Assembly: GCA_046757525.1 (NCBI GenBank)
Contig: JBHHYI010000007.1
Span: 1 to 54,080, forward strand
From: a bacterium
Lineage (GTDB): Bacteria; Zhuqueibacterota; Zhuqueibacteria; Oceanimicrobiales; Oceanimicrobiaceae
DNA length: 54,080 bases
Direction of reading: 5' to 3'
Under the pieces are notes generated by a model. That model was given only the letters and a program-made list of their open reading frames with translations, was not told the DNA's origin and searched no databases. A program made the position numbers and the translations under genes. This document shows positions 29,541-37,715 of this stretch, in pieces. Position 1 is the first letter of the stretch, and each line of letters starts with the position of its first letter.

Positions 29541-32048
29541 ATGAACAAAAAGTTATTTTCCTTGCTATTTTTTCTATCCGGCTTATGCGGTCTCATGTAT
29601 CAAATTCTGTGGACCAGGTTGTTCTCGTTTGTGTTGGGGAATACCTATTTTGCCATAAGCATTATCGTTGCTTCTTTTATGTTTGGCCTTTTTGGGGGCT
29701 CCTGGCTCATCGGTCGATATATAGGTAGGTTACAAAATGAGCTGAGATGGTATGCCTTCCTGGAAATGCTCATCGGGACCTATGCCTTACTCTTGCTTTT
29801 CTCCTTTGGTTTATCCGGTTCAATTTTTAAATTGCTCTATCTGTTTCTGGGCAGAACAGAGTTGCTGTATTCGTTGGCCAAGTTCATCGTGACTCTGATC
29901 TTTGTTGTTGTTCCCACCAGTGCCATGGGGGCGACTTTACCGCTTGCGGTGCAATATTACACAAGAAATAAAAAGCTCTTTGGAGATAATGTCAGCATAT
30001 TTTATGCTGTCAATACCATTGGGGGAGCGAGTGGGTCTTTGTTAGCGGGTTTCTATCTCATCGAACATCTGGGCGTTAATCATGGCCTTATATTTACGGC
30101 GGCGCTTAATATTAGTATCGGTCTAATCGTATTGTTGGCCTCGCAAAGAAACATTGCTCCAAACCCCAGGATTGAAGTAAAAAAAGAGAAAATCAAATCG
30201 AGAAAAACAAAACAAGCCAGACAGTTGGCTGCAAGCAATAAAGCAATTTATCTATTAGCAGCGGGCCTGGCCGGTTTTGCAGCACTGTCCTATGAAATTA
30301 TTTGGACAAGAGGTCTCAAGTTCCTTATCCACAACAGCACCTATAGTTTTACTGTGATCTTATTCGTTTTTCTGGTGGGCATCGCCATGGGGAGTGGCAT
30401 CGCCAAAAAATTAATTAAGAGGCGTGGAGATCTACATTACACTTATGGAATTTTACAAATAAGTTTGGGAATATATGCTATATTTGCGATCTATCTTCTG
30501 TACAGTTTTTCATATAACGAGTTGTTCCAAAAACATGTTGTGAGTTTTATTTATGATTATTCTTATGCCTGGCAATGGGGAATATTGACTTATATAGTCA
30601 TTTGTTCAATTATGTTCTTAATCCCTACCATTATAATGGGCATTCTATTCCCTTTGATCAATGAACTTTTTTTTGAGAAAATATTAAACAAGGCCGGGAA
30701 AACCGTCAGCTCTATTTATGCCATCAACACCATAGGAGGCATTGCCGGTTCTCTTGCGGCGGGATTCTTGTTGCTTCCGACCTTTGGGATCAAGGGAAGC
30801 ATTCTCATGGTATCGCTAATTAATTTATTATTGGGTGTGACATTTGTTTTTAAGTCTAAACGGAGCATTTTGCCTACTCTCGTCGCGAGTTCCGCTGTTT
30901 TTGTATTTGTTCTAAGCTTGTCTTTTCAAGGAAAACATCTTTTGGGCCGGGGAGAAAAGAAACGGGACAAGGTGTTGTTTTATAAGGAAGGCCTCATGGC
31001 AACCGTCAAGGTCTTTGAACGCAGAAATAATTTATTCATGAGCATTGATGGCAATCGCATCGCCTCCACTCAAAGGGTCTTGTTCAAGAAAGAAAAATTG
31101 ATCGCTCACTTGCCTTTTTTCATCAAGCCTGACATCAAGAAAGTCTTAGCGGTGGGACTGGCCAGTGGGATAAGTGTGGGAAGCATGAGTTTGCATCAAA
31201 ACATCGACGAAATCGACTGCGTCGAGCTCATCAAACCGGTCTTTCCCGCCGCCGCCTTGTTCAAAAAATATAACCACAATATTTTCAATAACAATAAGAT
31301 CAACTTAATCTACGATGATATCTATGCGTATCTGATGTATAATAAAGAAAAATATGACTTGATTTCTTCCGACGGCAAACTCGGGACTTTGTACAGCGGC
31401 AATGCCATCATGTTATCCACGGATTTTTATGAGTTATCCAAGCAGCACATGAAAAAGGATGCTCTCTTCATACAATGGATTCCCATTATTACGCCTTACA
31501 ATGAGTTGAAGGTGATCTTGGACACTCTCAAAAGGTCTTTCAAATATGTCTCTCTTTTCTATTTCTATCCAACCGATATCTTTATGCTCGCCTCTGAATC
31601 CCCCATGATACTGGATAAATCTTATATGGATAAGGTACTTTCAAATGCTGCAATAAAGCAAGACCTTGCCAGCTTTAATATTGCAGATGGGGTATCGATT
31701 TTGTCTTCCTTCATTGGAAGTTATGAGATTGAAACAACCCAAAACATCAGAACTAATTCCTTCGACCGACCGATCTTAGAGTTTGAATATATGCGCGAAT
31801 GGAAAAAGAGCAAATTGTGGCCTGGGGGGTATCGGGCTAAAAATCTCCAGTATTTGGTAGAAAATTATGAACAAACAGATTGGGATGCATTGGCTGGCAT
31901 GGTTGCCCACATTGAACGAGCAACACTCCAAAACATTGTACAAGCATCCAGATTATTTTTTAAGGGCTGTATAAAGTTTTTTGAGACAGGGCGTTTTCAA
32001 AACAGTTTTCGAGAATACTATAAATTTAAGAATAGTCCCAAGTCATAA
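29541..32048 (+). CDS. Polytopic membrane protein fused to a spermidine-synthase-like SAM-fold domain
   Basis: Duplicated TM module (SGLCGLMYQILW / AGFAALSYEIIW; YAVNTIGG / YAINTIGG); VLAVGLASG...DCVEL...KYDLI. Confidence 0.88.
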   Translation: MNKKLFSLLFFLSGLCGLMYQILWTRLFSFVLGNTYFAISIIVASFMFGLFGGSWLIGRYIGRLQNELRWYAFLEMLIGTYALLLLFSFGLSGSIFKLLYLFLGRTELLYSLAKFIVTLIFVVVPTSAMGATLPLAVQYYTRNKKLFGDNVSIFYAVNTIGGASGSLLAGFYLIEHLGVNHGLIFTAALNISIGLIVLLASQRNIAPNPRIEVKKEKIKSRKTKQARQLAASNKAIYLLAAGLAGFAALSYEIIWTRGLKFLIHNSTYSFTVILFVFLVGIAMGSGIAKKLIKRRGDLHYTYGILQISLGIYAIFAIYLLYSFSYNELFQKHVVSFIYDYSYAWQWGILTYIVICSIMFLIPTIIMGILFPLINELFFEKILNKAGKTVSSIYAINTIGGIAGSLAAGFLLLPTFGIKGSILMVSLINLLLGVTFVFKSKRSILPTLVASSAVFVFVLSLSFQGKHLLGRGEKKRDKVLFYKEGLMATVKVFERRNNLFMSIDGNRIASTQRVLFKKEKLIAHLPFFIKPDIKKVLAVGLASGISVGSMSLHQNIDEIDCVELIKPVFPAAALFKKYNHNIFNNNKINLIYDDIYAYLMYNKEKYDLISSDGKLGTLYSGNAIMLSTDFYELSKQHMKKDALFIQWIPIITPYNELKVILDTLKRSFKYVSLFYFYPTDIFMLASESPMILDKSYMDKVLSNAAIKQDLASFNIADGVSILSSFIGSYEIETTQNIRTNSFDRPILEFEYMREWKKSKLWPGGYRAKNLQYLVENYEQTDWDALAGMVAHIERATLQNIVQASRLFFKGCIKFFETGRFQNSFREYYKFKNSPKS

Positions 32049-32162
32049 CAAATACATGTTTTGAGCACGACTGTCCGGTTTAAACTTCAAAAATTAATTT
32101 TAAGTACTTCACGACCCGCTTATTCGCATTAGCGTCAACCTAAGGAACATTTAGCCGCATAT

Positions 32163-32242
32163 TGTCACCTTGAGCGGAGTCTCCGGCAACTGCAGGACGA
32201 CGAAGGATCTCCAGATTTTGTGCCCAGAGTTGAGATTCTTCG
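32163..32242. repeat. Palindromic repeat carrying a TCCGGCAACTGC(A/C)GGA hairpin
   Basis: TGTCACCTTGAGCGGAG...CGAAGGATCTC...GAGATTCTTCG; same family as 9618-9663. Confidence 0.65.
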
Positions 32243-32369
32243 TTGTTGTGATTCATAGTATTATGTCTCATTTCTTGCATCGGTCAGGCCAGGCGGAGGC
32301 CCGGCCCTTGACGGGCCCGTTAGAGGTCCGGCCTTTGACGGACGCCCGACTGACAAAAGTGCAAAAAGA

Positions 32370-32530
32370 AATGGAACGCGGATTGCACGGATTTAACTGA
32401 TCCGAACGGATTAGCCCGATTTAATCTGTTTGAGGCAGTCAGTCTGAACGGTATAGCTCATCAACCGTTTAATTTGTACAAGAAACAAATCCGCGTAAAT
32501 CCGTTCGATCCGTAAAATCCGTGTTCCATT
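32370..32530. repeat. Inverted-repeat element built of periodic CGGAT units
   Basis: 32370-32412 matches the reverse complement of 32488-32530 at 32/43 nt; four units per arm. Confidence 0.75.
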
Positions 32531-32558
32531 CGTTTGCGGCTGCGCCGCGCTAGGACCT

Positions 32559-34310
32559 ATGGATGCCATTCATCCAATGAAGCTTAATATGCACAGACAG
32601 AATTTAGCCGTTGTGTTGCTTTTGTCATTATTTTTATCTCTTGTAATGTCAAGTTGCAAAACTTCTGATAACATTCAGCAGGAACAGGCAGAATCCCCAG
32701 CGGCCTCCTTTTTTACAGATATAACGAAGCAGGTCAAAATAGATTTCCTGCATAACCCTGGTGTCGACAGCAGTTATTTTATGCCCGAGAGTATTGGATC
32801 CGGGGGCGCGTTTTTAGATTATGATAACGACGGAGATCTGGATATTTATTTGGTTAACGGGGCATGGCACAGCAAGGCAACCATAGAATCTCAACTATTA
32901 AAGAACCGCCTTTTTCGCCAGGAGCAAGACGGGACCTTCGTCGATGTCACTGAATTGTCTGGTTTAGGCGATACCGGTTACGGCATGGGTGTCGGTGTGG
33001 GTGATATGGATAATGACGGCGATGTCGATGTTTACGTCTCCAATTATGGCCCGGATGTCCTCTTTCGCAACAACGGCGATGGAACGTTTACAGATATTTC
33101 GAAAGCAGCGGGGATCGACAACCCGCATTGGGGGTGCTCTGTTGTTTTTTTTGACTATGATCTCGATGGCTACTTGGATCTCTACGTGACCAACTATGTT
33201 GCTTATGATAGCTCAGTTAAATGCCCGGATCGAGGAGGCCGACTGGACTATTGTGGACCTGTAGGATTCCCGGGTGTGCCAGACGTGCTTTACCGGAACC
33301 ATGGCGATGGTACGTTTGTTGATGTCTCCGTTGCCTCTGGCATTGCCACGGTGTCATCGAAAGGCCTGGGTGTCGTCAGTGCGGACTTTAACGGCGATGT
33401 GTTCCCGGACGTGTACGTCGCAAATGATGGTGAGCCGAATTTTTTCTGGATCAACCGACGAGGTAAGACGTTTGAAAATCGGGCCCTGGTCTTAGGCGCA
33501 GCGGTCAATGAGCTTGGACGCTCGGAAGCAGGCATGGGAATTGCCTTAGGCGACATCGATAACGATAAAGATTTGGATTTGTTCCTGACCCACCTGCGGG
33601 CGGAAAGCAATACGTTTTATCGCAACTCCGGGGTTCGCGGTTTCGAAGACGATACTTCTCCTGCCGGACTTTCCGGACCCAGCATGCCCTACACGGGTTT
33701 CGGGACTGGTTTCTTTGACTACGACCATGATGGAGACCTCGATCTTGCTGTGGTGAATGGCAGGGTAGCCCGCGGGACTCTCTTGACACAGACGGAACCT
33801 GCCGGATATTGGGATCATTATGCCGAGCCCAATTTGCTCTTCGAGAATGACGGATATGGACGTTTCCGCGACGTGAGCGATCTGGATTCGGCCTTTTGTT
33901 GGGTGATAGAAAACAGCCGCGGGTTAGCCTTTGGCGATGTTGACAATGACGGAGACATCGACTTGCTGGTTACCAACGATGGCGGTAATGCACGACTGTA
34001 TCGGAATGACGTCCCGCACAAGGGGCATTGGTTGATGATTCGGGCCATTGACCCCGACCTCCGACGCGACGCCATCGGCGCACAGATTACCGTTGTCGTG
34101 GGCGAGAAGCAGCTCCTGCGACTCATTGCTCCTGGCTATAGCTATCTCTGCACGAACGATCCACGAGCACACTTTGGGCTCGGCGCAGCAACTGCGGTGG
34201 ATGAAATCCTGGTCCAATGGCCAGACGGCAAAACGGAGAGATTTCCGGGCGTAGCAGTGGATCAAATTATTACATTGAACAAAGGTCAATCCAAGCTGAC
34301 ACATGAGTAA
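32559..34310 (+). CDS. CRTAC1-family lipoprotein (FG-GAP repeats plus ASPIC/UnbV)
   Basis: Lipobox MSSC; MPESIGSG, DYDNDGDLD repeats, AGMG, RGLAFGD, C-terminal RDAIGA...HFGLG...WPDG. Confidence 0.92.
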   Translation: MDAIHPMKLNMHRQNLAVVLLLSLFLSLVMSSCKTSDNIQQEQAESPAASFFTDITKQVKIDFLHNPGVDSSYFMPESIGSGGAFLDYDNDGDLDIYLVNGAWHSKATIESQLLKNRLFRQEQDGTFVDVTELSGLGDTGYGMGVGVGDMDNDGDVDVYVSNYGPDVLFRNNGDGTFTDISKAAGIDNPHWGCSVVFFDYDLDGYLDLYVTNYVAYDSSVKCPDRGGRLDYCGPVGFPGVPDVLYRNHGDGTFVDVSVASGIATVSSKGLGVVSADFNGDVFPDVYVANDGEPNFFWINRRGKTFENRALVLGAAVNELGRSEAGMGIALGDIDNDKDLDLFLTHLRAESNTFYRNSGVRGFEDDTSPAGLSGPSMPYTGFGTGFFDYDHDGDLDLAVVNGRVARGTLLTQTEPAGYWDHYAEPNLLFENDGYGRFRDVSDLDSAFCWVIENSRGLAFGDVDNDGDIDLLVTNDGGNARLYRNDVPHKGHWLMIRAIDPDLRRDAIGAQITVVVGEKQLLRLIAPGYSYLCTNDPRAHFGLGAATAVDEILVQWPDGKTERFPGVAVDQIITLNKGQSKLTHE

Positions 34311-35892
34311 AAGGAAGCGACAGCGGCGGAACCGCACAGGACGGCGCAACCGGGGTCAACAGATCTCAGGGCTAGCAGCGATTGGAAACAAGGTTCGGTC
34401 CAGCTTCAAGAGGCTCAGGGGGGCCAGGCGATGGCAACTATTTGCCGCTGTTGCCGGGGGGCTTTTGTTGCTCGCCGGAATATGGACGCAGAAGATGTAC
34501 TTTACCGAGCGCGCCTTGTTGCACCGCTTGCCAGACCTCGACCTCAGCGGAGTGGAAACACAGGTCGTCCTGAAAATCCGTGGATTGCGGAAAGAGGTCG
34601 AAAGAAATCCCGGATCTGCCGCTGCATGGGGTAAGCTTGCCATGAATCTGGATGTCCACGATTTGAAACGCGAAGCCGCATCTTGTTACCAGCAAGCGGC
34701 GGAATTGGATCCGACCGACTTCCGGTGGCCGTATTATTGTGCGACCATGCTTGCCGCAACGGGTTCTCCTGAAGCGCTGCAATGGTTCAAACGCAGCCAG
34801 GTATTGAAACCAGACTACACGCCGGTCCACGTCCTATATGGACAGACGCTATTCAACCACGGCCATCTAAAAGAAGCGTTGGAGCAGTTCGAATGGGCAT
34901 TACGTACAGATGCAAAATCCACGCATGCGTACCTCGGCCTGGCACAAGTTGCGCTTTCTCAGGGTGATTTGCAGGCAAGCCGTAGATACTTATTAAAAGC
35001 TGCAGAAATCGATCCTAAGCATGGCGAGGTTCATGGTCTTTTGGCCGAGGTATATCGGCGGCTGAATGAGCCGGAAAAGGCTGATCGCGAAATGCGGTTG
35101 GCGCAGCAGCTTCCAAAGGTTACCTCGGTGCCTAATCCGGTGTATGCGGAGTTAGCAGCAGAGGGTGTCAGCGCGTTTTGGTACGAAAAGTATGGGCTAA
35201 CGTATCTCGAAAAGCGTCTTTACGCTGAAGCTGCCCGCGAGTTTACGATGGCGCTGAAAGCGAAACCGAGTGCAGAGGCTCATTACAACCTCGGCTTTGC
35301 TTTACAATACTTAGGAAAGTACGAAGAAGCCGCCCAACACTATCGAGCCGCGCTTGCCCTTCGACCCACGTATCGGGATGCTCTCAATCATTTAGCTATG
35401 GTGCTGTTTGAAATGGGCCGTGTTGAGGAGTCGATCGCGTACCTCGAGCAGGCCAAACGGCTCTACCCGGCATTTGCTGCTGTTTATTTGAACCTTGGTA
35501 CTTTTTACTGGCGTTCTGGTCGTAGGTCCGAGGCCATCGAAACGTTTCGGCAAGGACTTGCCAATGCACCCTACGATCCTCGTACAGCCATGCAGTTGGC
35601 CTGGTTGTTAGCGACCGCCCCGCAATTGTCGCTTCGTAATGGCGAAAAAGCCGTGCATCTGGCAGAAAGGGTTTGCGAAAAAACTGGTTATCGGGTTCCT
35701 GAAACACTGGATGTACTGGCAGCCGCGTATGCCGAAACCGGGCAATTCAACAGAGCAATCAAGACGGCAAGACAGGCGCTTCAACTAACGAAAACAGCCA
35801 ATCGATCTGATTTGGCCAATCAGATTCAATCCCGGCTGCAAATTTATGAATCAAAACAACCGTATCGAGAAAATAAATTTAATCCCAAATGA
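34303..35892 (+). CDS. Membrane-anchored TPR protein
   Basis: Arg-rich N-terminus plus TM; many TPRs; C-terminal LAWLLAT...LDVLAAAYAETG module; overlaps the CRTAC1 stop. Confidence 0.9.
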   Translation: MSKRKRQRRNRTGRRNRGQQISGLAAIGNKVRSSFKRLRGARRWQLFAAVAGGLLLLAGIWTQKMYFTERALLHRLPDLDLSGVETQVVLKIRGLRKEVERNPGSAAAWGKLAMNLDVHDLKREAASCYQQAAELDPTDFRWPYYCATMLAATGSPEALQWFKRSQVLKPDYTPVHVLYGQTLFNHGHLKEALEQFEWALRTDAKSTHAYLGLAQVALSQGDLQASRRYLLKAAEIDPKHGEVHGLLAEVYRRLNEPEKADREMRLAQQLPKVTSVPNPVYAELAAEGVSAFWYEKYGLTYLEKRLYAEAAREFTMALKAKPSAEAHYNLGFALQYLGKYEEAAQHYRAALALRPTYRDALNHLAMVLFEMGRVEESIAYLEQAKRLYPAFAAVYLNLGTFYWRSGRRSEAIETFRQGLANAPYDPRTAMQLAWLLATAPQLSLRNGEKAVHLAERVCEKTGYRVPETLDVLAAAYAETGQFNRAIKTARQALQLTKTANRSDLANQIQSRLQIYESKQPYRENKFNPK

Positions 35893-35996
35893 ACTTCAAC
35901 TGGGAACGAATGGGATAACAATTCACCCGCTGGTTATTCCTGCAGTTTCCCTGCTTAAATCATGCAGGGGCAAGCTTAAAGTAGGAATCCATTCTT

Positions 35997-36146
35997 TTGG
36001 GTTTTCAGGACGCCTCGTAAAATCCCCCTGGTTTTTTCGCTGGACGCTTCAAAAACCGTCTCTCTTCAAAAAGGGGGATTTCGTATCGCAGCCCGTCACC
36101 CCTCGATACGGTCACTTGAGAAGCGGTGACCTACTCGGGATGACTC
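35997..36146. repeat. 150-bp direct repeat, copy 1
   Basis: 140/150 identical to 36461-36610 with no gaps. Confidence 0.95.
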
Positions 36147-36192
36147 ACAAATTGCTCTCCTAACTGTCGCCGTCCTTTATTACAGCCTCCAA

Positions 36193-36263
36193 TGTCATTC
36201 AGGAGGAATCCTGTTGGCTGGCTGCACAGTGCTCACCTGTAACAAGATGCCTCCTGCATGACA
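36193..36263. repeat. TGTCAT...ATGACA palindromic repeat
   Basis: 23-bp arms with 20/23 complementarity; homologous to 1-43. Confidence 0.85.
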
Positions 36264-36460
36264 GGGCTGCCTTTGGCGTTTCCGACGTTCAAAGCAATCC
36301 GGTTGCACCGGACTGGGACGGCTTTTAGGAAACGCTCTCTTCAACGTAACGCAATCCGGCAACTGCCGGATTGCACAGGCCATTCTCCCTTTGAAGGGAG
36401 ACAGAATTTCGCTCGCGCAGAGCGAAAATCAGAGGGATGTCTGGCCGCCGAAACCGTGGC

Positions 36461-36610
36461 TTGGGTTTTCATGCTGCCTCCTAAAATCCCCCTGGTTTTT
36501 TTGCTGGACGCTTCAAAAACCGTCTCTCTTCAAAAAGGGGGATTTCGTATCGCAGCCCGTCACCCCTCGATACGGTCACTTGAACAACACTGACCTACTC
36601 GGGATGACTC
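36461..36610. repeat. 150-bp direct repeat, copy 2
   Basis: 140/150 identical to 35997-36146. Confidence 0.95.
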
Positions 36611-36789
36611 GCACAGGGCTTCTAAGATATTTCTGTCCGCTATGCAAAATTTTGTTAACATTGGTGAAAAATGTTGCACCCACCCGAAAAACTATTAAGA
36701 ATCGACTTTATAAGGCTGTTTTTTGTAACGTATTGTTATTAAAAATATTATTAAACCTAATTATTGCGATCAACAATATTAAGTAACTA

Positions 36790-36805
36790 TGGCATAGCAT
36801 TTGCT
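36790..36805 (+). promoter_or_regulatory. Sigma-54 (-24/-12) promoter
   Basis: TGGCATAGCATTTGCT fits TGGCA-N6-TTGC with GG-N10-GC; AT-rich upstream tract and candidate enhancer palindrome. Confidence 0.75.
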
Positions 36806-36982
36806 GATTACTCAGCACTGCAAGATGGAATATATCCCCACAACGTGAAAAGATTCAAGAAATATTTCTTCATTTTTGTTGTCAATCAAAAGAATGGGAA
36901 GGAGGTGACAGGTGTATAAGTCTGTTTCTAAATTATCTCACGAGAATGTGAAATTAGGATCAACTAAACAGGAGAGGAGAAT

Positions 36983-37672
36983 ATGTCATTAAAATCAATT
37001 TTTGTTGTGGCATGTCTATGCGTGGTCACTCTGGGAGTTTTGAGTTGTGCCGATGTGCCATCCACAGCGCCCGAAATTCCTGATTTTCGGACTCAAACCA
37101 GGTTTATCAATGCCTATCCGGGAGCCGCTTCCGTGGAGATTCTTCTCGAGCCGACCAGTAATGCAGGGCTTAATTCGTTTGCCACCGTGGATTTTCAAGG
37201 TGACACCGGGTATCAAGATGTTCCAGCGGGCAATCGAAAGATGAAATTGCAAAGCGATCCGGATACTACCTCAATTGGGCTCGAATCCGATGGCAAAATC
37301 ACTATAGTGGTTATGCCAAAAGGCGCGCCATCAGATCCCCGTTTTAGGAAGTTTACTGAAAGACGCACCTTCGACGCTCTCCCAAGTGACGTGGGGCAGG
37401 TTCGTTTCATCAATGCCGCTGTTGGTGGTAATTTTGATGTTTTAGATACCAGTGACAGCACGGTGGTGGCAAAAGGTGTTGGGTTTGGCAGCAGTTCTGG
37501 CTATGTGAGTCTGGCAGCCGGAAGCTTTACCTTCGGCATTGCCCCCAAAGCTACTCAGAATGTGTTGGCTACTGTGCAGGTCACCCTCAGTAATAGCCAG
37601 CGTTTTACGGCTGTTGTTTTGGGAGATCAGGCAAGTCCTGCCGTTAAAGCTTTTCAGGATGATCCACAATAA
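36983..37672 (+). CDS. DUF4397-like lipoprotein
   Basis: Lipobox VLSC; two repeats beginning (T/V)RFINA with GY-x-x-(V/L)-x-AG. Confidence 0.75.
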   Translation: MSLKSIFVVACLCVVTLGVLSCADVPSTAPEIPDFRTQTRFINAYPGAASVEILLEPTSNAGLNSFATVDFQGDTGYQDVPAGNRKMKLQSDPDTTSIGLESDGKITIVVMPKGAPSDPRFRKFTERRTFDALPSDVGQVRFINAAVGGNFDVLDTSDSTVVAKGVGFGSSSGYVSLAAGSFTFGIAPKATQNVLATVQVTLSNSQRFTAVVLGDQASPAVKAFQDDPQ

Positions 37673-37715
37673 TTAAATATAAATTGAGTTCATTAATTAA
37701 TAGCAGGAGGACAAG

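Noticed and set aside
35997..36610. CRISPR array or DGR template/variable repeat pair
   Set aside because: Only two 150-bp copies with no regular spacers; differences are not confined to adenines; no cas or reverse transcriptase gene in the window
35846..36786. ORFs 35846-36163, 36258-36593 and 36391-36786 as duplicated genes
   Set aside because: Shared peptide text is just translation of the palindromic DNA repeats; no clear SD or domain
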